Below, one piece after another: positions 13,801 through 28,800 of a DNA stretch of 64,000 nucleotides. The DNA is taken from contig CM075997.1 of assembly GCA_038087875.1 (NCBI GenBank), positions 2,110,001-2,174,000 on the forward strand. The letters are read 5' to 3'. The number at the start of each line of letters is the position of its first letter. Positions within the stretch are counted from its first letter, which is position 1. Below the pieces are notes generated by a model that saw only the letters and a program-made list of their open reading frames with translations, made no database searches and had not been told where the DNA came from. Made by a program: the position numbers and the translations under genes. The DNA is from Malacoraja senta. Lineage: Eukaryota.

Positions 13801-16800
13801 CCAATTCTTGTATTTAAATAAAAACAGATATTTCCTTAAAAAATCCCAAATCTTGTAATTTGTTCTTCCACCCCCCCCCCCCCCCCCCCCGCCCTGTGCA
13901 TTTGTTATTGTAAATAGCTGAGTCACCAGAAACTGAAACATCTGGCACCTCACTGGTAACGCATTTTTCCACGATTACCTGTTTATACTCATTATGGTTC
14001 CACGAACAATGCCTATTCAGGGCTCTAAATTAGAGGTTGCCCGGGTGTCCCTGACCACTCAAAACGCCGCCGGGCAACCTAAACGCAGAGTCATTTTGCC
14101 CGGCTTGGCAACCAGATACTGGTTTGTACCGAAGATAGGCACAAAAAAATGGAGTAACTCCGCAGGTCAGGCAACATCTCTGGAGAAAAGGAACGCGACG
14201 TTTTGTGTCGGCGGTGACGGCTGTATTGCGTGGGAAAGATACTAGGTGCGGGGTGAGGAAGGGTCGGAGCGAATGACGAGACCCGAACAGCGGCCGCGGC
14301 AGCGGCTCCATCTCATCCTCCTCCAGCACCCCGCCCGCCCTGATAGCGGCCTCTGCTTGTAAATCCGCTAACGGCGATAACCGCTTTCAAAACAAACCCT
14401 CCCGCACGCCGAGGGAGGGAGGGGGAGACCTCGGCGTGCGGGAGCGTTTGTTTCGAAAGCGGTTATCGCCATTAGCGGGTTTGCAAGCAGAGGCCCTTAT
14501 CAGGGCGGGCGGGGGGGCGGGAGGAGATGGAGCCGCTGCTGCCGCTGTTCGGGACCCGACCTTCCCCTCATTCATCCTGTAGTGATCCCCCATTCATCCT
14601 GCACAGACCCTCCGATCCACACTGTACTGACCCCCCCCCCATCCATCCTGTACTGATCCTCCCATTCAAGAAGAATGGGGGGAACAGTCTGAAGAAGGGT
14701 CTCGACCCGAAATGTTGCCTATTTCCTTCACTCCATAGATGCTGCCTCACCTGCTGAGTTTCTCCAGCACCTTTGTCTACCCCCATCCATCCCGTACTGA
14801 ACCTCCCCATTCAACACCCCTGACATCCCCCGTGCTCTCCCCTCACAATTTTACCTACTCCAACCAACACGTACTAATTCACCTGCCTCAATCCATCCAT
14901 TCTGCACCGACTGCCTGCTAAACCCTCCCCCCACCCCCGCCATCTATCCACCCGGCACTGATTCACACACACCCCCTTCCCTGACCATATTGTGCTGGAA
15001 ATGTCTTCAGAGCGAACATTGACTATGTTTGATAACAGAATGCAATCAAATGTGTTTTTATTCGCAATGTTATTATTTGTTTTAATCCATAAAGATGGAT
15101 TAATTAACTTGTGAACACGTGAAATATTAAAACCGCAGTGTTCGATTGTCACGGCTACCGTTGACACGTTATTACAGAATTCATTTTAACGGCAAATCAA
15201 TGCTCTTAATATGGAGTATCAGTACTGTAGTTATTTAATGAGCAACATTCACAACTATACATTGGATTTATCCAGGTTTTACTTCTACAGTCAATCATAT
15301 ACATCACAAATTTGGTCAGGAGATATTTCAGTTGAAATTTTAACGTTAATTCTGAAGTGGGAATGCTGGAAACAGCGTTTATCAATAAAAAAATTTTAAT
15401 CTGATGCTTACAAACTGGGTATCTTCATTGCTGTTCACAACACGTACATTTAATCTGAATGTCCGGTAATGTGGCGTCTTGACACCTTTAAATATATTAC
15501 CAAAAGAACATTTGTTGCAGTTATGTCCTTTGGCCATCTCTTGTCAGCTAGTGTCATGTTTAACCTGTCAGATGGGTATAGTTTGTTTTAACAGCTATTA
15601 TCATAAAATGCCTATAGAAATTTCCTTGCAACCTGTATATTTTGTTGTGGATAAATTATGTGGGTAGCGAGAGTGTTTTTGTACCAATAGCAATAATGGC
15701 CATGTTATGGTAATTTTCGGTCCTTCACAGAAAACATGCTTGCATCAATCTGTAGTGTGCATGGTTAAGCATATATGTTACCATGGTCCAGGATTTATTG
15801 ACACAGGTTGATCATACTCTGAATAATCCAACCACATTTTTGTTTGGAAGTGGAAAGAACTAATAGAAATTGCATTCATTGCAATGTGTAAAGAGAGTTG
15901 AGATACTGTCTTATAATTTTGCTGCGTGTCATTGTGGTATATATCATGTCTTGATTGGTGAATATGTTTAGTTTGTGACTTTATATGAAGCAGAAATAAT
16001 ATGTGAATGCTTCATTGAGTATAATTCCGACTGGTAACTACGCACTTCGTCCGAGCACATTATCGCACGCGTCATGCAAGCCATCTAAAATGACCACCTA
16101 AACTGTCATTTGGCAACCTAAAAAGCTGCCAAGGTTGCCCGGCTGGCAACAGGGAAAAAAAGTTAAGCAAGAGCCCTGCTATTTTACGTACTGATAGGCC
16201 ATGGTGGACTATTCTTTTGAAGCCTATTGCATATGCTTGGACAAAACTTCCTATGGCTGCTGTGCATTGATTTAGTGCTCTTTTACAAGCGCTATGCATT
16301 TTTGAGGTCATAATCCTCATTGAAGATGCAACTTCTGATCCTTTAAAATATGCTTTTGCGTTAAATTAATATATTTTGCCAATAGTTGTGTTGGAGGAGT
16401 GATATTTGTCCACTGTTAATTTGTGTGTGAGGGTGATCGCATATAATCCTGATTTTTAGTTTGGAACATTTTAACCTCTTATTCCACATTTAATTATTTT
16501 GAACAATCTACCAAATAGATTTGAATTTAACTTTGTGCAATTGTGCCTGAAGTGTTGCCTCTGGTTTAAGCTGACTCATCTGTATCCAGCCATATCCCAT
16601 GGAAGAGGGTTTACCTGCTACTTTTGAGTAATTGGAAACATTTATAGTTCTAATTCAAAAATTCAAATGTATTTTTTCTACATATTCAATGTAATTACTG
16701 AATAATCACATAATTCTCTCCTTTGTGTACTTAAGAATTCTGGTACCCTTGTTACTGTATTTTAAAATTTATTAACTTTCTTTTAAGGAATGAAGTTGTT

Positions 16801-19800
16801 GGCAACAGCAAGCAGAGACCGTCTAATTCATATATTAAAAGTGGACAAACAGTATAGCCTGGCACAGACACTAGATGACCATTCCTCCTCTATTACTGCT
16901 GTGAAATTTGCAGGTACTTTGTAAGCAATATGACTGCCTCATCAATAAATGGCACTGGGCTTAATTGCTTTTGGGCTTATTACACAAAATTACATTTTGA
17001 AATATTTTTAATATCTATTGAACGTGGATGCCACGGTTCATTGATACTGGGTGTCAGTAAAGTATAAAGTACTTGGCTTTTCCAGTGTTGATGTCTACTT
17101 TTTAACCTCTACTAATGACTTGGATTTGTCCCAGTCACTTAATATGATGCAGATGCTTGACAATGTTATGTGTCCCTTTTAATTCTCTTCCTGTAGCTTG
17201 CAATGATGTTGTCAAAATGGTTAGTTGTGGAGCTGATAAAAGTATCTACTTTCGTACTGCACATAAGGTAAACCTATTTGGTTTCTAATCCTCTCTGTAG
17301 TTTGTGCATTTATTTTGTGATGGCTTGGCCTCTTTGAAGGTGATTTTAAAGTGCTTCACATCCAATGCAGTGATGTGCATTACTTAATGTATTATCAGGT
17401 GATAATGCTAAAAGCTGGCGTGGATAGTTTAATGCTGAATGTTAGTTATGCAAACTCCTAGTATTTAGACTGAATTAAATTTGTTTTTACAGTCTGCCGA
17501 TGAAGTTCAGTTCTCAAGAACTCATCATGTTGTTGGAAAGACCACCCTATATGACATGGATGTTGATATCACACGAAAATATGCAGCTATCTGCTGCCAG
17601 GATAGAAATATTAGGTATGCTTATCTCCTTGGAGGAAATGGTCTTTTGTTTTTCTGTTACATCAGAACTCTCAAGTTGTATGATGTAGAATAAATTCCTT
17701 TTAGAAGGAAAGGATATAAATAATAGAAAATCCATGATACAGATCGCAAATCCATTTTAATAACTGAGCCGTTTAAACTTTAGATTACCATGTTGTTCTT
17801 GATACGTTTGTTCATTTCAATTGGGGTTGTAACTATTACCAGCATTCCAGTTCCCTATCCATAGACTGTGCTAGAAATACTGTGGGATTCAGACTGCTAT
17901 AATATTGCACAATGAAAAATTATGACTCCAGCATATAGATGAGTTATTGGCCAGTACCTGTAGAACTGTATAGAAATATATTTGAGAGGAGAAGATTAAG
18001 GAAGTATAAAACATTAAGTCTTTTTTATGTTACAGAGTATTTAACATTAACAGTGGGAAGCAACAAAAATGTTTCAAAGGTTCACAGAGTGAAGATGGGA
18101 TTCTCCTCAAAGTAAGGACTGCAAATCTCAAGCACCTGAAATAGTACAGAATTTCTTCTATGTTATCGTCTTAGTTATTTTGCAATATAACGCCTAACAA
18201 TGAACAACAGCATATGGGAATTCAGAATTTAATGAAACATTTATTTTCACATTGTTTTGAGCATAAGTAAGCTTGGTAGAAGTTCATTATAGAATGGAAT
18301 ATCCTTATTTCAATGGAGCATTGGTTCTGCTGTACATGGTTAATGTGTCTACAGCAGCCTTTTTGTTGAAGGCAGGATTGTCTTCGCACATCTCTACTCG
18401 CTGCCACTTCCTGAGGTGGACAAACTACTCTTTTGTCTTGCCGATGTTAAGGGCTAGGTTTTTGTTCCAACACTAGGCTACAAGGTTCCCGAACTCTTTG
18501 TGGAAAATAGCAGAAGCAAGTGGCCTAATCTTAAACCAAATGTTGGTCTTGGGTGCCCTCTGCTGCTAGAATAATAAAAGCATTTGAATATAAGTGAATG
18601 AATGCAAAATGTGTCTTTTAGAAAGTTAATATTTTTAGACCATGAAAATTTAAAAAGTACATTGATATAAAAAGAACAAGCACATTTTCTTCTTGCTAAA
18701 GAGCTGGGAAGTAGGATTTAAGTCCCATTTTGTATTGGTGTGGACACAATAAACAATGATTGCTTCCTATGTAGTAAATCACTCATTTCTGTGTATGATA
18801 TATATTTTTTGCATTTTCTCATTGGGTGACTGAATCAAATTTATTTAGTATGTACCTTTGGTCTATTTTCCTAGCACTTTCTCTGCTTTAAATTTTAGGT
18901 TCAGATGGATCCTTCCGGAACATTTGTGGCCACTAGTTGTTCTGACAAGAATATTTCTATCTTTGACTTCTACACTGGAGAATGTGTAGCCAGCATGTTT
19001 GGACATTCGGGTAACCTACTTACACTTACAAAGCAATTATTTTTTTGCTTTCATTCTGTTGCTTGATTTATCAAATTTGTTTATATTCCTTAATACCTTT
19101 TTTTTCTTTTTTTTTTCCCTTTATTAAATATCTGACCAGCTCTTGCATTCTTGTTTAAATTGCCTGAAGGCTGGGTACACGGGGCAAGTCTCTGAGGTGC
19201 CCATTTTCACTTGCGCAGTACATAATAAGCAATCACAGTTAATTGAAAAGTGTGTTGAATTACAGTAAAGCCTTGTTAAGAGTATAGTGTTTATTTCTGG
19301 TTCCCAATACAGGAAGGATGTGGAAGCTTTGGAATGGATGCCAGGGAGGTTTACCAGGATGATGCCTGGACTAGTGGGTATTGGCTACAGAGGTTGGACA
19401 GATTTGGATTGTTCTCTCTGGAATATCAGACGTTGTGGGGAGACCTGATAGATGTGTATAAAGTTGTGAGAGGCATAGATAGGATAGACAATCACAACTA
19501 GTTTGCCAAGACAGAAATATCAAATACGAGATGGCATAGCTTTATAGCTTGCAATACTTTAAAGCACCATGTTAAATTACAAAACATTTCTAATTAGGTC
19601 TTATTCTTCTGTTTTAGAAATTGTAACTGGAATGAAATTTACGCATGACTGCAAATATCTAATAACAGTGTCGGGAGACAGGTGAGTAATTTTCTGCTGA
19701 ATGGCCATTACACTTTTGGAGAACCTTGCAAAGCATGCTTGGTTGTAAAGTGCGTTATTGAAAGGCCCCATTTTGTTAGCCAACACCACATGTATAACTT

Positions 19801-22800
19801 CACCTTGTCACTGAAGCAACTGCCATGTTCTGCTTTTGATCTTTAAACATTGCCACAATGCAATTTGTGCTGCATTATAATAGGAGAAATGCAACTGTCC
19901 TTTTCCAGATTTGGTTAATCACTAAGTGAACAATTCAGCACTGAAAATTCTGAAATATGATTAGTGGATAGATCTTTCTCATTCCTTTGCTTCCCAACTT
20001 AATGTACTATTTATTCAGATATATTCCTTTGCACATTAGAGGGTGCTGACCATGCAAACTTAAATATCCAGTGATTAAACAGTAAGTCGGAATCAGAAAG
20101 TTGTTCTTTTCTAATCTGAGTATCATATTACATGTCTTTATTCAATATTTTACATTTTATTTTTATTCCACAGTTGCATTTTCATATGGCGCTTGGACCC
20201 TCAGTTGAGTGCATGCATGAGACATCGTCTCTCAGAAATTAAACAAATCGCTAAAAAAGATAAGACGTGTGGAACCAAGGCTTCAGCACCAATTAGGTAC
20301 GTTTTAAACCTGCAGACCTGCAAAGTGCTTCATAAAATTAGAATATTTTGAGTCTTTCTAATTTTATATCAAAACTGCAAAGTTTGAAGATCCAAGATAT
20401 ATCTGGGTGATACTCTTTCCATTTAGCTGTAAAGCCTCTGATCTGATTGCATGGTGAAATTTGCATGAATGATGTGGTGCTGGAAGAACAACTTTGTCTA
20501 TAATCCAAAATAGTTTAGGATTCAACTCTAAGCCAAGTGTCATTTAGCCGATAAATCTTGAAGCACATTTATTTCTCGCCTTTCACAACAGCAAAACATT
20601 TTAGATCCGGGTACTTTTGAAGTAACAACATGATCATTAGAGTTGTAATGATGTTGATTGAGGATAAATATTGGTCAAGACACCAGGGTGAAATCCCTTG
20701 CTTTTATGATGGAGTGTAATATTTTACTAACACTTTAAGAGATGTATGGGGCATCAGAAAGGTGACGGCTCAGACACCATAGCAGTCCTTCAGTATTGCA
20801 CTGGTGCCTCAACGGAAGTTTGATACTGAAGTCCTGGGTAGGATTGGCCCGAGTGAGATTGTAACAGTTCAAGTGTGCTACCACTAACCTGTCCTAGCCC
20901 AAGTAAAAATTACTGCTAATATAACTCGGTGTGTGTACAGTGCTTTAGTTTTCTGCAACTGCATTTTGACATTGTATATGCTAATGTATGCTGAGGAAAC
21001 CATAAAAATAGTATGCCTATTCATTGACTGATGATTAGAAGAGCTAGGTTTTGGTGTATTCCAAGGTGGAAAAATATTTTATCTTCGGTATTAACTCTTC
21101 TGCAATGATTTAGGAGAGAAACCTTTATGGTGAAAAAATTAACTTCAGATTGTCAGGAAGATGATCAAGAGGAGGAAATAAGTGGGGAAGATGGAGATGA
21201 TGGGTCATTCCAAACTCCTGTGAAAGATCACATGGACAGAGGTAAGAGCAGGCTTATCGATGCAATGACATATATTAAAGATGAATGGTCCTAAATATTA
21301 ATGAATAATGTTCTTCATGCAATGTTGTTATCATAAATTAAAACCAATGCTTAAATAGAGTATGGAGGTGACAAATTAATATTGAATCCTAGAATAGGGA
21401 AATAGTTGATGAATTAAACATCACAACAAAAACCTCTCCAGAAATACTGAAAGCCACAGGTCCAGTGCAGAGGAAGTAAAATACATTCTAGTTTTTATAA
21501 AAATAATAGAAATAGAAACTAATGGGCTGAAAAAATGTATCAAGGACTTGGTCTACATCCCAGAGTTTTGAAAGAGGTTCACTGGAGCTGGTAGAAGCTT
21601 TTGTTTTAATCTTCCAAACATCTTCCAAGGTTTCAAAGGTCCTTTTATTGTCACCTCTACCAATTAAGGTACAGTGAAATGCGAATTACCATTCAGCCAT
21701 ACGGGATAAAAACGCAACGAGACACACATCTACATAAAAGTTAACATCCACCACAGCGGATTCCCCACTGTGATGGAAGGCAAAAAGTCCAATCTTCTTC
21801 CTCTTTATTCTCCCGTGGTCGGGGCAGTCGAACCATCCGTCGGGGCAATCGAAGCTCCCGCGTTGGGGCGATCGAAACTCCCGCGCTTGGAGTTCCCAAA
21901 GTCGGTCTCTGACCAGAGAACGCGAGCTCCGTGATGTTAAGTCCGCAAGCACCCACGGTTGGAGCTCCGAGGTCGATCCCTGGTAAAGGGATCGTGGGCT
22001 CCGCGGCGGTACGTCCGCAGGCACCTGCGATGGAGCTCTCAAAAGTCAGCCTCCAGCAAAGGTCCTGGGATACTTTCTGCAGATTATGGGTCACATTTAC
22101 TTCACTTGCTCATTAAATAGAGGCAAAGAGAGAACTGCCAACTATCAAATGATCACCCGGGCATCGGTAGTTTGACAATACTGGAATCTATAATAAGGCA
22201 TGTGACGTCAAAACCAATAAATGTATGCTAATTCTGCTTGTATTTTCTTGAAGGGAAATTGTATTGGAATTCTTGGAGGATGTAGTTAGATAAGAGGCAA
22301 CCAGTGGATGTGGTCAGTTTGGATTTTCAGAAAGCATTTGGTGAGCTTGCAAAAAGCTGATTGCTGAAAAACATTAGAGTATATGTAATAGGGTGTAACA
22401 TACCACTGGGAGTTGAGAGTTGGTTAACAGATGGAAAATAGAATAGGAATAAATGGGTCCTCTTTTGGCTGGCAGGCTACACTGCAACAAACAGGATACT
22501 GTAGGGATAGGTGTCTTGGCCCCAATTATCTACATTGATGATTCAGCTGTAGGTATCAAATATAACATTTCCAGGTTCACTGTTGACGAAACTAAGTGGG
22601 AAATCAAATAGTGATGAGAATGTAGGGACTTCAAAGAGATAATGCTGATTTAGTGAGCATGGTACTATGTTGAAAAATGAGATCATCTTTTTCGCTAGAA
22701 AAACAAAAATGCTAACTGGATAAATAGCGAAAGATCAAGGAATGATGTTGAATTGTGTCTTTCTAAACAAATCGCAAGGAACAATGAGTACAAGAGTAAA

Positions 22801-25800
22801 GATGTCTGCTACATTTCTACAGTGCTTTACAAAGACTATACCTTGTTTTTTGTGCAAAATTTTGGTCTACTTAAAAATATATAGTTGCCAAAGAGATCCA
22901 ACTAAGTTTCTGGGATGTTTAAGTCTGTCTACAAATAAGTAGGCTTTACTCAGTGAATGCAGCTTTGGCGTTCTCTACTCCAGGATCAATGGAGATTCGA
23001 GCATTGAATGCATTCAAAAGAGAAAAGATTTCTGGCTGTTGGAGCAAACAAAGGAAATGGGACTAGTGCAGGGCAGTGACGGTGAGGTGGAAGATTAACC
23101 TTGTTAGTCCCATTAGCATTGGCAGACCTTACTTGAAGCACTAAATGTCTTGCACCTGCACTTTTTTTAAAATCCTACCAAGATTTCAAATAGGGTTTAA
23201 ATTAAGCTTGCAGTTTGTAAAAAATGCTATTGCAACATTTATTACAAGTGTGATTTTTGCTAAAATTGAAGAAATCTTGATGTCACCTTCCATAATTTTC
23301 CCTAACAATCTTTTTCATAAATATGGCACAAAAGCAAATGTGGTGCCATTATTATCGTTTTTTTTAATATTGCACAAAATACTTTTAATTCTTTTTCTTA
23401 TTCTGCACAAAACCGTCGGAAAGAATCCAGTAAAGGAAAGCTTACCACACAAGATTTTTGTCTTCCATTTTGTGGAACAATCAAACTAATCTTGTCTGTT
23501 CTTTCCAGGTAAGGCTGAAGATGTTACATTCCTGCTGACTAATGGGAAGCTTCCAATGTGGGCAAAGAGACTGGTAAGTATTTTGTGAGGAAGAGTAAAC
23601 ATTATAAAAGCAATGGGAATAGTTTGTCATTTAATTACTATCAAATCTTAATTTATGGTATACAATGTTACATTACCCTTCTTTATATAAATCTGCAGTA
23701 GAGGTATTTGTTTTGTTTTTGTGATATGGATATATTTGAAATGCTAAACAAGTTGCCTGCCAGGTTTGTAATTAGTCACATTATGCGCTAAAACTGGTTA
23801 ACTAAACTCGTTACTGATGCAAGACTTGCAGATCAATGGGTTTTGCTAAAGAATGGCACGCTCTGTTCACTGGATGTCCTTTCTATGGACTTTGTGGTAC
23901 AGTACTCTAGTAAGGTAAAGCTGCAGTTTTATATTGAAAGAAAATATTGCAAGCTTAATCTGTATTTACTTTGGGCTCCCTAAATGAATTTTATTTTTCC
24001 ACCTTTGATATACTGAAACATTTAACTGTTTCTTTCAACACAGATGCTGGCTAACCTGCTGAGTATGTTCAATACTTTGTTTCAGATTTCCAATGTAATT
24101 GTTTTCATTTTCAGTTGATGAACAAGGAGCTAATGGATTTGGCTATATATTTTCTTAAGTATTGGAAAAATTAATTGGGCTGATTCTGGTAAACCCCAGG
24201 GGATTGAACACCTGAATTCTCTGGTGTTGAAAGAGATGACTTTGGGGATAGTATTTGACACTTTACAAAAATCTATAGATCTGAAATGGTCCTAACTGGA
24301 AACATTTGAATCATTTTAAAATAAGTGAAAATATGGACTTTCTTAATAGTAGTCAGTTAATTAATCAGCTGTGAGATTTCTCCAGAATTCAAACTTGCAG
24401 ATAATTCATTTTCATGTTTATTACAGGAGGCAGGTGATAACAGTGTGCAGGATGGAGTAAGAGATAACACTGAGAAATTTCATCCACGAGGAAGGTGGGC
24501 TGAAAGGGTGGACAAAGATCTTATTCACTCCATCCTGGGTATGAGGCAGCTGGAGGAGTACTGTGCGACCCCAACCCCAGACAGAATGTCGGTGGCACCG
24601 GGAAAGCCTAACAGCTGCTTGGTGAAGCAGGACAATTTTGAACCACGTAATTTCGATCACTTTTTCAAGATGGTTAGTAGATTTCTGTGAACTAGTAACA
24701 TTTATAAGATTAGTAATGACTACTAATAAATTGGTAATTCGGTTATTTAAATGATGCTGCTATACATATAGAGTAAGGGAAGAAGTTGTAATGCTCTATT
24801 TTTGGTTTTTCTCTGGGAACAGCATTTATTTGGGAATCCAGTTACAATAGCATCCCAGCCTGATAAATCTGCTTGTTTTTAATATATTTTATGCGTGGCA
24901 GAATTAATAGTCTTACATGTCATAGAATAATGTTTGCTATGGAATGAATAGGAGGAGCAACTTGACCTATTGAAATGATTGTTAAAATTGAAATGCTAAA
25001 ACTTTATAACCATCTGGCAGTCAGTGTCAAATTGTTTTCTGATGAGATTGTAATGTATATTGAGTTTTATTTTTGCTTTTAACAAATGCTGCTGACAGTC
25101 TGGCATTGTACCAAACTATTTGTTGTCTGATGACATATCTGCAGGGTATTATCATTTTTTGTCTGTTGGCCTAAAGTTTCAAAATATCACCGTACCACCT
25201 CAGTATTGATATCACAACATTATTAAAATATGAACTACACTCTTTATTCCTGCATTTATTAAAGACCACCAAAAACAAACAAATTAGATCCCCCTTTTAC
25301 AAATTGAACTGTTGGAATCTAGGTGCCCTCTGGGGTGGGGCAATAGTGTGGGGCATGCAAGTCGGTCTATAAATAGTGATAGAAATCATCATGTGCAGCA
25401 GTAAACATGGCTGTTGCATTTGGTATGGTTTATATCTTTACTACTAAAAATGTGTTCTTTGCTATCAAACAGTGTTATAAAAAATCTTTTGTTTAGGATG
25501 ATGCCTTGCTTAAAAAGGTTCAATGTAGCAGAAGTGATAAATGAACTACTTTAATAGATCAGAATTTGTAAAGGCAGAGCTCAGTCATTTGATTATGTCA
25601 CCGAAAAGCAATTTCTTCTACGCACTCATGGAAGTGCTGTTGCTGTTAGTCATGTTGTGCCTTAAGCTGTGCTAATCACTATTCTCCGGCATTATCTTCA
25701 ATATTTCATGACCTGACAAGTATTCAAACAATCTTTGCTGTGAGAATCCGTCACTTTTATGCCTCGTTACTTAATGTATAATTTTTTTTCAGAATTCACT

Positions 25801-28800
25801 AAGCACTGCTTAAAAATATCAGCATTAATTTAATTATAACATTTCCTATTTTTTACTTTTAAGGTCAACGTTAATTTTTTGTATATTCCCATCATAAGAG
25901 ATCAAGGAATGTCAGGAGAAGGCAGGAACAGTAAACTGAAAAAAATGATTGCCCCCGTTTAATCAGAATGATGGGAAAATCCTTTTCTTAGCGGAGCGTC
26001 TCTGACTTAAAACATTGACGCTATCTCTCTTTCCATAGATATGGCCTGACCACCTAAATATTTCCAGCTATTGCTGTTTTTGCTCTACTCCTGTTTTCTA
26101 TATTTCTGTTTTGTTCTGGATCTTTTTCTTTTTTTTAAATTTAATTATAAAATTCTCTGGGAATTCTTTAATATCGACAGCTTAATCTGCTTGATAACAA
26201 ATTTGTTGGAAGCCTAAAATGTCTCCTAGATACCTAATGCTGGCTAATATTAAGGAATGGGACCTTCATGCTACACAAAACAAAGATGAATCAGTATTAA
26301 AATTCCGACTGAAATAACATTTGCACTTTCATTGATCTTTTACTGAAAATATTCTACTTATAACAATTGGTTCATAATTTAATGTGGATTTTTAAAAATA
26401 ATATATCTTGATTTTAAGCACCAATCTTTGACAAAGTGCCTAAAAATTTGAAGTTACTAAGTCGCAAGATCAAAAACTTCCTTCCATGCCATCTACGTTG
26501 CTGGTAATCTTGCTGCTCTGTGGTAGATTATGACTGAAGTTCAGATATTCTTCTTCTAACACCACTCAAACTATCTTCTCTTTCACGGCAAGAAAAATCT
26601 GAGTGAAAAATCTTCTCCTAGTTAAATCCTATATTCTTCCAGGGTCTACTTCATTTTGGGTTAAGAGGCTGGAAATCCTAGGCAATCTATTGAAATTATA
26701 GAACTATAGTTGGTCTTGAGTACTCGTGTGAAATTGATGCTTGCGCAAATGTCATTATAGAACCTGAATTTTAGTTAAACATCCAAGTCCCTAGACACAA
26801 TTAAATGTTGCTTAACCCTAACTGTCACCACAGTTTAATACACTGGGAATGGACAATAAATGTGTAGATTTTTACCTAACTCTTGAACAAACAGATCAAT
26901 AGAAGTATAGTTAATATAATTAATGAAATAATGCCAAGGGACTTTGAGAAGCATTTCTCTGGAGTTGTATTCACTCAATTGTCTTCCTTTTTGCTGTACA
27001 GTAGAATGTCAGAGATCCCAAACGCTTAACATCAGTGGCTATTTTGAGACAGCTGATGTAATGTATGGATTATTATATTGCAGAATTTGCCTTACTTATA
27101 AGCTGGGTGGAGTTATACAGCTGCATTACTCTATGATCACTTTTTGACAACAAGCTGAAGTGGATTGTAATATATCTCAGATTGTGTTGGATCACTGTTT
27201 ATTCAATTGATTGGGGAATGGACATGTTTTTATCATGAATTGCAGAGCTATATGAATGGTATGTGTTTGACTGTTTTAAATGAGTTGATAGTTGGTTTAA
27301 ATGTCAAATTGCAAAAATGATTTCCTACATTCTTGTCTAAGGTCAGTTAAGAAATCAGTTTGATTAAGATCAGTTTCATTGGCTTTGTTTCGTAAAACGT
27401 GTTTTTTCCCCCCCATTTGAAACGTTAAATTGTTTGATTAATTTACTTTGCAGTTTTCAAATTTTGAAGCTTTCAGGATGTTTTGGAAATATGGAATTTT
27501 GATGTACTTTTACAATGAAGAAATTTTAAGCTTGATTTAATTGCAAAGACTATGCCCTTAGAAAATATTGGTTGCTTTTGCTTTTTTTTCTTAAAATTAA
27601 ACATTTTCTATACAATTAAATCATCAAATAATGTAGCACCATACTATTCTTTAGCACAACAGATTTACGGTGGTTAGTGTTTTAATTCTAAAATGTATCA
27701 TATTACCTAAAATCTTGTTGCTAGATGGAATTTTCCCCTAGTCTTCTATCAAGAAATTCTATGGGAAGGCCAAGTTCAATTTGTCCAGAGGATACCGATA
27801 ATACCTTTTCACAGAAGATGGATGTGGCAGAAACTGAACCAACCATGCAAACCTTTTATCCTTTGCCTAATGATGATAATTCTACCAGTATGGAGAAGTA
27901 GGTATTGTGAATCCTTAATTGTTAAATGTTTAATTCTCAAATTATTTTATAGTATTCATATCATGTTAGAGTATAGTATTATAGTTCTCACCATAATATT
28001 ATGCCCTTATCTATGCATTGATGTCAGCGTTTATCATCTGCAATGCAATCTATTCTGACATGTAGATGGAACTCTTTGGAAGTGACCCAGCATCTCCACC
28101 CAGACCGATTTGGACGGCAGTAATAGTTATTTCTGCTGTGCATGTGTATGGTTTGTGCATTCTGTGTTGCAGGGGTCCTGAAGACACAGCGGTAGGTTAA
28201 TTGGCTGTTATAAAGTTCCTCTAGGTGCAAGTTAATGGCAAAGAGAAACAAAGGGGAATTGATAGGCATGTGTGAAGGCGAGGATCTGACTTGTGATATT
28301 TTGTGAAAAGGAAATAGTTACAAGTGAAAAATGTGAATGTAACGCTATTATTTAGTAAGATTTTATAATGCCAAGTTTGAGTATCCATTATTATCCTGCT
28401 ATAGCTTGCAGTTGTTGTGTATTAACTATATATCATCTTTCATGGTAGTGATTATCAAGTAAAAAACCCACCAAAAAAACTACAAGAAAGTGACTCCGAG
28501 TGGCCAGTTGTGCATTCAGTGGAGAACAGTCCTGACAGTGCCTACTCAATGGATTCGGGAAGTAACCACACCACCAGCCATGAACAACAACAGGATGGTG
28601 AGAGATTCTGAAAAGAAAGCAAGCAATAATTTTCCTTTGGTTTCCACAGATAGAACAGTTGAGATTTGGAGAGAGTGGTATGTGGGGTAGAATTGTACTA
28701 AAGTTAATGCCACTGACAATGCTGAATGGAATATTGTATAATACATGTACGTGATAGGGATTTTGAGTAGCACATTCCATCGCATTTTCAAAAGGATGAT

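Noticed and set aside
14874..15900. Transposase remnant inside the hAT-like element
   Set aside because: I could not recognise convincing DDE or hAT dimerisation motifs by eye; this needs a translated HMM search.
27001..27060. Possible extra WDR62 exon after a pyrimidine tract
   Set aside because: No acceptor/donor pair keeps phase 0 to phase 0 without a stop, and the flanking exons already join in frame.
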